A stretch of 64,000 bases of DNA from Fibrobacterales bacterium (GCA_051532035.1 JAOPTW010000015.1:192001-256000); one strand, 5' to 3'; counted from the stretch's first letter, positions 20,639 to 30,829 are shown. Numbers and translations: made by a program. The notes: generated by a model from the sequence alone, not told the origin.

Positions 20639-22960
20639 CTACAGCAGGAAATTATCTTCCTCATCTTTTGACGCGTCAGCAGTAACTACAGGCTTTGGCT
20701 TCATTTTTTTAGATTTCTTCTTCTTTTTCTTAGCATCAACTTCACCTGCACCATATTGGTAGAGTACATAGCCATTCTCATTTTTCATTTTACGGCCACT
20801 CTGTTTATAGTGAATATCATTCACCACCAAACCAGTTATTGCCACTCCTGCATGATCAAGTTGACGCTTAGCGGCCTCAATCTCTTTCATGGAGTGTTGT
20901 TCATGACGCACAAGGAAGATAGTCATATCAACCTGTTTACCAATAATACCTGCATCGGTTACTGCAAGTATTGGCGGCGCGTCAAAAATAACATAATCAT
21001 ATCTTGTTTTGACCTCAGAAAGAAACTTTTCGAAGCGACGATTCATTAAGAGTTCCGCTGGTTGGCGAGGAATTGCACCCGTTGGAATAAAAGAGAGACA
21101 CTCTTGTTCTGTTTGCTGGATAACGTCATCTATTGTTGCAGTGTCAGCAAGAACCTCTGCAAGCCCTCCATCACGTTCGCAACCGAAGCTTGCATGAAGG
21201 TGCCCTTTTCGCATATCCCCATCAACAAGAAGCACACTAAATCCCGACTGTGCAATACTCGCAGCCAAATTTGCTGTTACAAAGGATTTACCAATGCCAG
21301 GGCTTGGCCCTACGATCATCAACACTTTAGAGCTATCATCTGTACGGTTAAAATGAATATTGGTTCTGAGACTGCGGAGACTTTCAACAGCAATGTCATT
21401 CTCTCTTTGCACCACCAATAGCGGTACTCCATTCTGAAACACTGCACTCTCAACCTCATCTTGCTCATCACTATGAGGAATAAGGGCCAAATTTTTAATA
21501 CCAAGCTTTGCTTCAAGGTAATCGATATCATCAACACCTCTCCCCCAAAGCCGGCGCACTACTGCAATAGCAAGACCAAGGAAAATACCCATTACAATCT
21601 TGACCACAACCATCTTCATTCTCTGAGGCCCTTTGGGAGACTGGGCAGGAACTGCTACATCCACAATAGAGACATTACCCTTCTGGCCAGCCTTTACTAC
21701 TTGGAGCTGCTGAAATTTATTAAGCATTTCTATATAGAGCTTATTATTTATCTCAACATCTCTCTGCAACTTTTGCAGCGTTTGCTGTGCCCGTGGGATT
21801 TTTTTAGCACTGGTATTTGCATCGGCAAGCTGGCGCGTTAGCTCTGCATGCTTATCTTCAAGTGATTTGATCGTAGGGTGTGATTTTTTGTAATGCTGGA
21901 GTAACTCTTGAATCTCAACTTCGACCTTTTCAACATCACTCCGTAAGGCATCAATTCGCCCGAGGCGTAGTGAGGTTTCACGATCCAGATCAATTGAGTT
22001 AATCTTATATTTAAACCAGTTGAGCTTCTTTTCTGACTCTTCAACATTTGCACGGAGGGCAGGAAGCTGTTCATTTAAAAAGGTGAGGGTATTCCCCACT
22101 TCATCAGTCTGACGTTGAAAATTGTGCACCATGTAGAGGCGAACAATCTCATTGAGTACACGAGCTGCATTTAAAGGATCTGCATCTTGATAACTTACCG
22201 TCAACACCCCTTTTGAGCTCTCCCATGTCCGAATCTTTGAATGGATGCCACCCGCTAAAGACGAAGGCGAATGTCGAATGAGGAAAAACTTTGTTTTAGG
22301 CCGCGCATTAAAAGTAGAAATTGTTAATGAGATAGCATTTGCAGAGTAAGTGATAGTGAGTGGCTCACCCACTTTACCTTGTCCAATTATTTTGCCGTGA
22401 GGTGTTTTAAGAAAGAACTGATCATTTTTCTTTTTTTCTAATATAAACGCAACACCTCTTAATTCTTTTGGAATACTAAAAGAGTCTACTACGACTCGTT
22501 CCCCACCCCAAGCATACTCTTCAAGCCCAAAGAGCGGCTCTTCAACCTCACGCTGATACTTTTTTCTCCGCGCTATAGGTTCACCGATAACGGGGTAGTA
22601 ATTAGGAATCACCCGAAGATCTAGACCAAGGTTTTCAACGGTTTGACTAATAACTGATCTTGATTTAAGCAGTTCTATTTCAACTGCAATTTGTGACTCG
22701 CTAAATATATCACCGCCAAAATCATCGACAACCTGTTGCACACCCTTCTCTTTTGCTCCAAAGAGAATCTTTGCATCAACTTCGTAATAAGGAACCGCCC
22801 GCCAAGCAGTAAAGGTCCCCCAGGCACCAAAAACAACCGCAAATAAAAGAATAATCTTCCATCCTGATAGGAGAAGGTTTATAATATCCTGCAGTTGCAG
22901 TTCACGCTTATAAGGCTCTGTTCCCTGTGTCTCTTGTTTCATTTCATTCATTGTTCTCAC
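20639..22960 (-). CDS. wzc: Polysaccharide co-polymerase/BY tyrosine kinase
   Basis: Two TM helices flanking a coiled-coil periplasmic region; ESLRSLRT, Walker A GPSPGIGKS, VDGDMRKG, FDAPPILAVTDA; C-terminal Tyr residues. Confidence 0.95.
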   Translation of the reverse strand: MRTMNEMKQETQGTEPYKRELQLQDIINLLLSGWKIILLFAVVFGAWGTFTAWRAVPYYEVDAKILFGAKEKGVQQVVDDFGGDIFSESQIAVEIELLKSRSVISQTVENLGLDLRVIPNYYPVIGEPIARRKKYQREVEEPLFGLEEYAWGGERVVVDSFSIPKELRGVAFILEKKKNDQFFLKTPHGKIIGQGKVGEPLTITYSANAISLTISTFNARPKTKFFLIRHSPSSLAGGIHSKIRTWESSKGVLTVSYQDADPLNAARVLNEIVRLYMVHNFQRQTDEVGNTLTFLNEQLPALRANVEESEKKLNWFKYKINSIDLDRETSLRLGRIDALRSDVEKVEVEIQELLQHYKKSHPTIKSLEDKHAELTRQLADANTSAKKIPRAQQTLQKLQRDVEINNKLYIEMLNKFQQLQVVKAGQKGNVSIVDVAVPAQSPKGPQRMKMVVVKIVMGIFLGLAIAVVRRLWGRGVDDIDYLEAKLGIKNLALIPHSDEQDEVESAVFQNGVPLLVVQRENDIAVESLRSLRTNIHFNRTDDSSKVLMIVGPSPGIGKSFVTANLAASIAQSGFSVLLVDGDMRKGHLHASFGCERDGGLAEVLADTATIDDVIQQTEQECLSFIPTGAIPRQPAELLMNRRFEKFLSEVKTRYDYVIFDAPPILAVTDAGIIGKQVDMTIFLVRHEQHSMKEIEAAKRQLDHAGVAITGLVVNDIHYKQSGRKMKNENGYVLYQYGAGEVDAKKKKKKSKKMKPKPVVTADASKDEEDNFLL

Positions 22961-23418
22961 CCCTTTACAAACTTATTGAGTCGAGGTTTCCATTGAGCAA
23001 GACAACGCTCAACTTTAACAAATGCGGTATCAAAATCCTCTATGGCCTTACCATAGGGGTCTTCAACATCACCCTCTCCCCACTCACCAATCGAGTAGAC
23101 TCTCCCTTTTGCAAAAGGGTACATCTTCTCGATGGTTGTTACATCTTTCTCTGTCATGGCAAAAATCAGGTCGCTCTGTTGTGCCATTTCTTCGGTTATT
23201 TGACGCGCTTTATGTCCCTCGAGTGAGAGTCCATTTTTTTGCGCCAGTATTCTCGTAAATTCATGTGCCTGTTCTCCCACAAGAGCAGCAATGCCCGCCG
23301 ACTCCACATGAAAGCTATTTTGCATCATTGTTTTTAACAGCAGTGCTGCCATGGGGCTTCTACAGATATTACCAATACAGGTTACCAGTAGAGTCCCTTT
23401 CTCTTGTGTGTCAGCCAT
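22957..23418 (-). CDS. wzb: Low-molecular-weight protein tyrosine phosphatase
   Basis: CIGNICRS P-loop and DPY motif; located between wza and wzc. Confidence 0.95.
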   Translation of the reverse strand: MADTQEKGTLLVTCIGNICRSPMAALLLKTMMQNSFHVESAGIAALVGEQAHEFTRILAQKNGLSLEGHKARQITEEMAQQSDLIFAMTEKDVTTIEKMYPFAKGRVYSIGEWGEGDVEDPYGKAIEDFDTAFVKVERCLAQWKPRLNKFVKG

Positions 23419-24578
23419 TATTTAGTCTCATTATCAATTGCATTGCGCAGTAAAAAGAGATTTTCATTTACATTCTGACCAAAAGACGTTCCCGTACTAA
23501 TAAATGCTGCGGTCGGTAATAACAAGCTGATTACACTGTTCCACTGTACTAAGCCATGAGTATCGACATAGACAATATCGCGAGGTTTTAATTTAAAACT
23601 TTCACCCATAACCAAAGCAATAGGGCTCTGAGCATTAAGATGGTACATATCGATTTTACCCGCACCCACTGACCGAATCACATAAACCGATTCTGTATTT
23701 GCTTTTTCTTGATTGATACCGCCTTGCATGAGCGCCTGAGAAAGTGAAAGGCTCCCATGATAGAGTGGAATTGCTGACTGGCTATTAACCGCCCCCAGTA
23801 CGTAGACTTTATTCTCTTCACTCGACATAACATTAATTTTATCACCGTTTTTCAGGTACAGTTTTTCTAAAGGCATGCCACTGCGATACATCTCCATAAT
23901 ATTAATGTGATACATCTTACCGTCACGATTGAGGTACACATTACTCCCGTCAGCATCTTTTTTGACACCACCTACAGCAGTAATAGCATCAGGTATAGAG
24001 AGAGGCGTATCAGTTAATTGCACTGCCCCAGGGTTCTTTATCGCTCCCCCCACATAGACCTTTTGACTACGATATTGTAGTACTTTCACTTCGACTTGTG
24101 GGTCTTGTAATAGATGACTCAGTTTTTTGGTAATCAGCGTGCGTAGTTCCGGTACGGTAAGACCCGCAGCTTTTATATCACCAGCGTAAGGATAATACAT
24201 AGTACCCCGCTCAGTAATCACCTGCCCTGTTGGATTATCGCTGAGTCCCATTCCCATTGCCTGAGACCGACCAGGTTGATCCCACACAATAACTTGTACT
24301 GCATCGTACCGACCGAGCACATATTCTGGAGTGTATTGATTAAACAGTTGTTTTGGTGGAGCAGCACTCGAAAGCTTTGTAAGCTCTGGATATTTATCAA
24401 AAAGCTGTGGACCAATAATTTTGAGGCTCACCACATGACCGTCAACTTCATGCTCTTCTTCAAGTTCATCTTCATCTGGAGAAACGTCCATCTTCATTCC
24501 AGGAGACCAGGCACACCCAACTAAAAAAAGTGTGATAAATGTAAATAGTAGAGTTGTTAATCGTATCATAAAAATCAA
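23418..24578 (-). CDS. wza: Outer-membrane polysaccharide export lipoprotein
   Basis: Lipobox FLVGC, YPYAGDIKAAGLT Poly_export motif, SLBB-like repeats. The start may be ATG 24569. Confidence 0.93.
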   Translation of the reverse strand: MIFMIRLTTLLFTFITLFLVGCAWSPGMKMDVSPDEDELEEEHEVDGHVVSLKIIGPQLFDKYPELTKLSSAAPPKQLFNQYTPEYVLGRYDAVQVIVWDQPGRSQAMGMGLSDNPTGQVITERGTMYYPYAGDIKAAGLTVPELRTLITKKLSHLLQDPQVEVKVLQYRSQKVYVGGAIKNPGAVQLTDTPLSIPDAITAVGGVKKDADGSNVYLNRDGKMYHINIMEMYRSGMPLEKLYLKNGDKINVMSSEENKVYVLGAVNSQSAIPLYHGSLSLSQALMQGGINQEKANTESVYVIRSVGAGKIDMYHLNAQSPIALVMGESFKLKPRDIVYVDTHGLVQWNSVISLLLPTAAFISTGTSFGQNVNENLFLLRNAIDNETK

Positions 24579-24815
24579 TTGATTCCCGTAAGCTAAAACA
24601 GGTACGCAAAGATAGCAAAATTTGCGCTAACTGCTTTTAAAATAAGAGTTTACAAAGGGGTTTAATTATTGAATTCCCTCCCCCTAATTTTTAGAATTTT
24701 GAGCCAAATACCCCATTCACAGGCCTTATGCATCTCTTTCGGAGCAATTATGAGCTATAGCTTGTAAAAGATCATTTTTCAAAGTTGTTATAGGGGCTCA
24801 TTTCGTTACAGAGGT

Positions 24816-25772
24816 TTACATTGTTGACTTAAAATAGTGAGATATTCTCTCTTCATGAAAGTAGCGGGAATCATCTACTTTGGTGAAAAAGCCTACATGT
24901 CCCCCTTTTTCTGTGAGAATCATTGTTCCTGTTGGGTGGTTTTCGAGCTCATTTATAGGAAAACAGTCGGCATCGAGAAAGGGATCATCAAGGGACGCCA
25001 TCACAAGAAAGGGCGTTTTGATGTCGGTGATGCGAGAGATTGCAGAGGCACTCTCATAGTAATCGTTATACGATGTATAGCCACCATGAGGTGCAGTATA
25101 AATATCATCATAGTCTTGTAATGTTTTAATTATTTTAAAGCGCGCTCTAGGATTCAGCGCAGGAAACCGCTTCGCTTTACTGGATACCTTTGTATAAAAA
25201 TCTTTGAGAAATCTCCACCGATAGATTCTATTATACCACGCATTGAGTTTACGGGCACAGCTCTCCAAGTTCATTGGAACCGACACCACCGCAGATTTTT
25301 TTATTTCGGGATACTTATGAGAAAGTGAATCTGCAAGAAAATTAAGGAGAAGATTACCCCCCAAACTAAATCCAACAAAATAGATTTCACTATACTGACC
25401 TAATTTTTGCACATAAGAAGTTATCGCATCGAGGTCTTCTATGAGCCCCGCGTTATAAAATTTTTCAAGTCGATTTTCTCCACCACACCCCCGCATATTC
25501 ATTGCAAAGATATCCATACCATCACGGCGCAGCTGTTGCCCCATACCGCGCATATAGATGCGATCAGAGTGTCCCTCCATGCCATGAATAAGTATTACTG
25601 CCCGGCTATTGCCTGCACATACCGTATCCAAATAAAGAAGATCGCCATCGTTGGTTTCCACTTCTACACGCTGGTAGGGGAGCGGCGCGACCTTTCTAAA
25701 AAGCGTCGGAAAGATAGTTTGTACATGCCGATTACGAAAGAGTATATTTGGCAAAAAAGATTCTGTAGTCAT
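24816..25772 (-). CDS. YheT-like alpha/beta hydrolase (esterase)
   Basis: HVQTI, IHGMEG, GFSLGG nucleophile elbow, DDPF, GGHVGF. Confidence 0.88.
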   Translation of the reverse strand: MTTESFLPNILFRNRHVQTIFPTLFRKVAPLPYQRVEVETNDGDLLYLDTVCAGNSRAVILIHGMEGHSDRIYMRGMGQQLRRDGMDIFAMNMRGCGGENRLEKFYNAGLIEDLDAITSYVQKLGQYSEIYFVGFSLGGNLLLNFLADSLSHKYPEIKKSAVVSVPMNLESCARKLNAWYNRIYRWRFLKDFYTKVSSKAKRFPALNPRARFKIIKTLQDYDDIYTAPHGGYTSYNDYYESASAISRITDIKTPFLVMASLDDPFLDADCFPINELENHPTGTMILTEKGGHVGFFTKVDDSRYFHEERISHYFKSTM

Positions 25773-25822
25773 AGGCTTTTTTATCTAAATGTACCTTATC
25801 TTACCCCGTCGGCACGATTGTT

Positions 25823-25858
25823 TTAGAGGGGAGTAGTAAAATTACTCCTCCCCTCTAA
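25823..25858. terminator. Stem-loop just downstream of the 25865-28261 gene (terminator or RNA-stability element)
   Basis: ttagaggggagtagtaa / ttactcctcccctctaa, a 17-bp inverted repeat with one mismatch; no clear U-tract on the minus strand. Confidence 0.55.
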
Positions 25859-25864
25859 CGCATA

Positions 25865-28261
25865 TTATGGCTTTTCATATCGTATGTTATCGACAAATAC
25901 TGTAGCGGTATCACTGTATTGCATATAGAACGGCACTTTAATATTGCCAAAATCCACATGTTTAAAAACCGTTAATGGAATCGAGATACTTTTCCAATCA
26001 TCTTTTTCTGACACAACATAATCAAGGACATCAGCCACCACATCTCCAGGATTCCCATTGAGGTCTTTCACGAGGTCGGAGTCTCGGGAGCTCACTTTTA
26101 CTTCAATGTGATGGGTCGTTTTAATATCAAATTTAAGATTCTGCTTAGACCACGGACGAAGATCCCGACGGAGCGCCTGTGTAGAATCAGTCGGTTTGGG
26201 GTAGTAGAAAAAGACACTCCCTGGTTCCTTGGATGTTTCTTTGAAAACTGCATAGAGACAATAACTCCCCTCACTACAGTGCTCACCATCATCATTATAT
26301 ATTTCGGGACCATGAGAATAGGTCGTATCGGGATAGCCCACAAAAGGCCATGCACCAATGGCTCCCCCACCAAGCATCTGATTTTTACCTTGGAACATCA
26401 CAGAATCTTGATCACTCAACCGTACTGAGTCGGTGATATTTTTATTCCTTGACACAAAGTCTTTATAATCTCGCAGTACACTATACGGATAATCAGTATC
26501 CTCAAAACCTTGATGCTTGGTCTCTACTTCATGAATCAGTGACACAGCAGGAACCGCATCATCAGTGCGATTCACCTTCAAAGCATAATAGTACCGGGTG
26601 TCGTGAGTAAACCCCGGTATAAAGCTACTGGTATGATCTACATTGGTTTCAACCTTTAGTGGATTGCCAAGAAACACATCTTTCTTTTGTGATGCCCCAT
26701 AAATTTCATAGGACTTAAAGCTGGCACCTAATGCTCGCGCCCAATTAAACCAGAGCGTATCAACACCAATAGTATCCACATCAATAGCAGCATACGCCAC
26801 TGTAATAGAATCAAAGCCATAGAGCGAATCATCATCCATAACCCGAACCACTGCCCGTACCGTATTTGCCGTGAGCACCTCTTTTTGAGGGCCCACACCA
26901 AGCTCATACTCCGTATGATCATCTAAGGCATTATAGTCCCATTCAACTTTTTCAATAGTTCCAAACCGATTCATTACACTGTAATTAAAAGTAAAGAGCG
27001 CATCTTCACTAATAGTCGTATCATTACCTATCATCTGTACGACCGGTGCATCAGTATACACATTGATTGCATGGGCGGCCTCAGCGCTATTTCCATCTGC
27101 ATCAACAACCTTGCTCTGTACTACTACAACGCCCTCGAATGCACCAACATCTACTGTATGGACTGCAGTTCCGAGCACATAGACCCCGTCTACTCCTCTC
27201 CAAAAGTATGACAATGGACCATCACTCCCCACAGTATCTTTTGCCGATGCAGCCACCTGAACTAAATCATTTATAGAAACCTCGCTACTCCCCTGCAGCC
27301 CTACAAAGGGAAGACCATTTTGAAGAGGGAGATTATCAATAGTGACTAACGAATCAGTACCTCTAAAAGTACCGCTCCAATATCCACTTACATGAGACGC
27401 AGTGTCGTACACATTTATCTCCAGAGTATATACCGTATCAAAGAAAGGCATGGTAAACTCTCCAAAAAAACCAGGAAGTGTCAGGAGTGTATTTAGAGCA
27501 ACGGAATCCCCACGAGCACTCGTTACTATCGCCTCTATCTGAGCAACGGCAGCAATATCTCCTATGGAACTTCCTCGGATGCGCATCGACGGATTTACGG
27601 GCTGTGGTGTAGCCAACTTAACGGGCTCAGGAACGGGTTTCACTACGACTATGAGCGTATCGTAGACAACATGACACCCATCCATCACGCGTGCAACAAC
27701 CTGTTTAACGCCCACTGTAGTATAGTGATATGCCTCACCTGATACCTGCGCAAAAGGGAGCTCCAGTTCATACTGCATTTCTATCTGATAGCTGGGATCG
27801 TCATCTAACACAGAAAAAGTAGGAAAAAATCGATCACCCACAATAACCACGGTATCGCCCACGATAGTAATAGAAGGGATTCCATTTACATACCCCGTAT
27901 CATGAACCTCTACAAGGGTATCAGTCAGGTCTGCAATGAGTATTCCGGCTCTTATGAGTTGTGCAGTGAGCATCACAGTATCGACTCCACTCAATGAATC
28001 TATGGTATAGCCTGATCCAATTTCTTCATTGAGTATCAGAGAAATTTGAGTATCTCTCGCCGTAGTGTGTAGCGCAATAGAGAGTGAATCTCCAATGTGC
28101 GCATGAGTATCTAACGCAATATGGTAACTTTGATACTCCGAAAGGTCGAGTGGTTCTTCTTCTGATTTATGTGATGTAGTCGATGCGTTATCGCACCCCA
28201 CTATGAGTGAAAAAACTACTAACAATCCGTAAAGCACCGTGTTATGTATGCAAAATACCAT
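25865..28261 (-). CDS. Large predicted lipoprotein with Ig/PKD/FN3-like repeats and a C-terminal CBM-like domain
   Basis: Lipobox LIVGC; beta-rich segments (EKVEWDY, TRYYYALKV); C-terminus WKSISIPL...VFVDNIRY. Start moved to ATG 28261 after GGGGGAG (ORF track gives 28285). Confidence 0.65.
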   Translation of the reverse strand: MVFCIHNTVLYGLLVVFSLIVGCDNASTTSHKSEEEPLDLSEYQSYHIALDTHAHIGDSLSIALHTTARDTQISLILNEEIGSGYTIDSLSGVDTVMLTAQLIRAGILIADLTDTLVEVHDTGYVNGIPSITIVGDTVVIVGDRFFPTFSVLDDDPSYQIEMQYELELPFAQVSGEAYHYTTVGVKQVVARVMDGCHVVYDTLIVVVKPVPEPVKLATPQPVNPSMRIRGSSIGDIAAVAQIEAIVTSARGDSVALNTLLTLPGFFGEFTMPFFDTVYTLEINVYDTASHVSGYWSGTFRGTDSLVTIDNLPLQNGLPFVGLQGSSEVSINDLVQVAASAKDTVGSDGPLSYFWRGVDGVYVLGTAVHTVDVGAFEGVVVVQSKVVDADGNSAEAAHAINVYTDAPVVQMIGNDTTISEDALFTFNYSVMNRFGTIEKVEWDYNALDDHTEYELGVGPQKEVLTANTVRAVVRVMDDDSLYGFDSITVAYAAIDVDTIGVDTLWFNWARALGASFKSYEIYGASQKKDVFLGNPLKVETNVDHTSSFIPGFTHDTRYYYALKVNRTDDAVPAVSLIHEVETKHQGFEDTDYPYSVLRDYKDFVSRNKNITDSVRLSDQDSVMFQGKNQMLGGGAIGAWPFVGYPDTTYSHGPEIYNDDGEHCSEGSYCLYAVFKETSKEPGSVFFYYPKPTDSTQALRRDLRPWSKQNLKFDIKTTHHIEVKVSSRDSDLVKDLNGNPGDVVADVLDYVVSEKDDWKSISIPLTVFKHVDFGNIKVPFYMQYSDTATVFVDNIRYEKP

Positions 28262-28392
28262 TACTCCCCCAAGCTTGTGTATCAATGTGTTGGGGTAAAA
28301 ATAGGTTCCTGAAAAAATGGGTGTTTATTGTAACGCCATGTTTAACATTCAGGATTTAATGAAGGTTTATAAACTGTTCATGTTGTAGACAC

Positions 28393-28420
28393 AGAAAAGC
28401 CCGGTAATCCGGGCTTTTCT
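28393..28420. terminator. Rho-independent terminator, potentially bidirectional
   Basis: Perfect 12-bp inverted repeat agaaaagcccgg-taat-ccgggcttttct, about 40 bp after the 28463 stop. Confidence 0.8.
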
Positions 28421-28462
28421 ATTATTGTTGACTCAAAATGAGGATTTAAAAGGTCTTTTTTG

Positions 28463-29971
28463 CTATTCAGTAACCGCTTCAGTAGGTTTCGGTTCAAATC
28501 GTATATCATCGATAAATACATCACCCGAATCTGCAAACTGAATGAAAAAGGCCACTTTTAACTTTGAAAAGTCTGCTGACGTAAAGTGTGATAGTGGCAC
28601 ACGCACCGTCTCCCACTCCCAGATTTCTGATGCTCCAAATTTAAAAATATTTGCCATGACATCAACATCTTCGGGTTTTGCGGGGTCATATGTATCATCC
28701 TCTCTTGAACTCACCTTCACTTGCATATTATGCGCAGTGAGGACATCAAACACGAGGTCTTGATGCTTCCATGGACGTAAATCTCTTCTGAGGGCAAGGC
28801 CTTGTGCCTGCCAATCATCAGCCTCTAGAGAATCGAGCCAGTTGGGGAAATAGAAAAAGACACTTCCCGTTTCGAATTCTAGCGACTCATAAAAACCAAC
28901 AAAGAGTGAAGAGTCACCTTCAGTAACCAACGCCGGATCATCATCACGATACCTAACCATAGGAATATAATCAGTGTACTCCTTTTCTTCATACATTATA
29001 TCGGGGAAGTTCCCAATAAATCCACCACCCAACACATAGATTGAGTCTTGAAATTCAACGGGCTTCTGGTCCCAAAAGTTCACGGCATTTTCAACAGGGG
29101 TTTCACTAAAAATCATATACTTCATTTCGGTTGGTATAAAATCAGCTTCGGCGCTATCGAGCTGAATAGAGTCTTGAACATCCGTAGAGAGCAAGGTATT
29201 ATTTTTAAACTCGATGCGAATTTTAAAATCACCTTGAGGCATGTCATCAATAACGAAGCGACCATACTCATCGACATCAACACTTTTTTCGAGGCCGTAC
29301 ACTTTGGCAAATGCTTGTTCATTTTCGGGGACCTCAACGGCACCGGTAATTGAACCGTACTCTTTCAGAGTCATCTGTGTTGTTATCAATGTATCATCAG
29401 CACTTATAGATATTGGTTGAAAGGCCGAGTGGGTCTCATTGTTATTCACTTCAATATTATAGTTGCCAGGAAAAAGAGATACGAGAGAGAATCGACCCGC
29501 ACTGTCTGTTTTCACTACAACAGTCTCTGCTACCATGGACTTTTTAAAGAGGCCCTGCTCGGCAACCGATATTTTCCGAAGCAGCACCGGCTGCTCACCA
29601 TTACCCGCAAGGTAATCTTTGGTACGAATCAGTACCTCTGCAAATGGAGCTGGAGTACTATCACTATAGAGTGCAATACCTTCTAATCGAAATTCTTTTT
29701 CAATTGAACTACTCGATCCAATGATAATTCCTGATGAACTTGGCTGAGTCAAAGATGATGAAACTCCTCCACTACTTGACTGAGCAACAGAACTACTACT
29801 TACCGTAGCAATTGGATCTGTATTACCACATTCAGTAACACTGATAACGCCGCTATTACCACATTCAGTAACACCCGCGGTCTGTTCACTCACCGAACAA
29901 CCTGTTGTAAGAAGAACACTAAGAAATGTTGTCCCTAAAATAGTAGCCGGTTTTAATCCCATATATCGCAT
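28463..29971 (-). CDS. Predicted lipoprotein with Ser-rich linker, carboxypeptidase-regulatory-like domains and a C-terminal CBM-like domain
   Basis: Lipobox LLTTGC, SSSS linkers, TDSAGRFSL..PGNYNI, VDEYGRFVIDDMPQG, C-terminus WETVRVPL...VFIDDIRF. Confidence 0.7.
   Translation of the reverse strand: MRYMGLKPATILGTTFLSVLLTTGCSVSEQTAGVTECGNSGVISVTECGNTDPIATVSSSSVAQSSSGGVSSSLTQPSSSGIIIGSSSSIEKEFRLEGIALYSDSTPAPFAEVLIRTKDYLAGNGEQPVLLRKISVAEQGLFKKSMVAETVVVKTDSAGRFSLVSLFPGNYNIEVNNNETHSAFQPISISADDTLITTQMTLKEYGSITGAVEVPENEQAFAKVYGLEKSVDVDEYGRFVIDDMPQGDFKIRIEFKNNTLLSTDVQDSIQLDSAEADFIPTEMKYMIFSETPVENAVNFWDQKPVEFQDSIYVLGGGFIGNFPDIMYEEKEYTDYIPMVRYRDDDPALVTEGDSSLFVGFYESLEFETGSVFFYFPNWLDSLEADDWQAQGLALRRDLRPWKHQDLVFDVLTAHNMQVKVSSREDDTYDPAKPEDVDVMANIFKFGASEIWEWETVRVPLSHFTSADFSKLKVAFFIQFADSGDVFIDDIRFEPKPTEAVTE
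29821..29874. repeat. 21-bp exact direct repeat encoding VTECGN twice
   Basis: tattaccacattcagtaacac at 29821-29841 and 29854-29874. Confidence 0.9.
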
Positions 29972-29983
29972 ATACTGCTCCGG

Positions 29984-30829
29984 TTATTTCCCGTCTTTTG
30001 TCTCTGTCGTAACAGGGAAAAATTGAAAATTCAATTGATACACTCTTTGTAAATTGGTCTCTTCTACCGCTAGTTTTGCCAGACGCTTTCTAAAATACTG
30101 TATCTCCATCTTAATAAGATTGAAGGTATCTTCTGAAAGTGACATACTCAAGCAAGAAATATCACGCTCTTTTGCATTTACTTTGTTCAGGGCATTTTTA
30201 CCCATGTCCATTGTATCAAGCTGGAATTTCGCTGTATGAAGTGATTTCACCTCATCTCCGGTACTTATTGCACTATTAACCGGACGGTAGTACCCATCGT
30301 CATCCTTATCAATCAACGCCATATCGCTCAAGTAACGAATTGCTTCTTGTGCTTCACTTGCTTTGATTGCAGGAATCAATTTCTTTCCAAGTTTCGTGTG
30401 GTCTTCTGCAGTTTCTCCCTTGTAATTATAACTTTCAAGGAGCTCTCGGACAAACACATAGTACCATTTTGAAAAAAGACTCATCTTTTTCTTGTCAATC
30501 ACCTTCATTTTAACTTTTTGAAGGGTAACTAGACGATTAAAGTACTCATTCTTCTCTTCAATGGTTTTGGATTGGGTAAAGTAGACCAGTATTTCAAAAT
30601 ACTGCATCTCGTGTTTTTTAAACTTCAGTATCTTGGCAATTTTAGTTGCCTGGATATGGGTGAGGTTTTTACGCGCAGCAATAACATTCGACATAAACCC
30701 TGTTGACGTAATACCAAGCTCAGCTAGAATAAACTTATGCGTGATCTGAGAGGCAGGTTTTTTCTTTTCCTCTTTGAATAGATCTTTAAGGTACAGTCTA
30801 TAGTTTAAATAATCAAATACAATCGGCAT
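29984..30829 (-). CDS. TIGR02147-family protein (putative HTH regulator, DUF4423-like C-terminus)
   Basis: VFDYLNYRLYLKD, YFEILVYFTQ, FSKWYYVFVREL, ERDISCLSMSLS, VYQLNFQFFP. Confidence 0.85.
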   Translation of the reverse strand: MPIVFDYLNYRLYLKDLFKEEKKKPASQITHKFILAELGITSTGFMSNVIAARKNLTHIQATKIAKILKFKKHEMQYFEILVYFTQSKTIEEKNEYFNRLVTLQKVKMKVIDKKKMSLFSKWYYVFVRELLESYNYKGETAEDHTKLGKKLIPAIKASEAQEAIRYLSDMALIDKDDDGYYRPVNSAISTGDEVKSLHTAKFQLDTMDMGKNALNKVNAKERDISCLSMSLSEDTFNLIKMEIQYFRKRLAKLAVEETNLQRVYQLNFQFFPVTTETKDGK

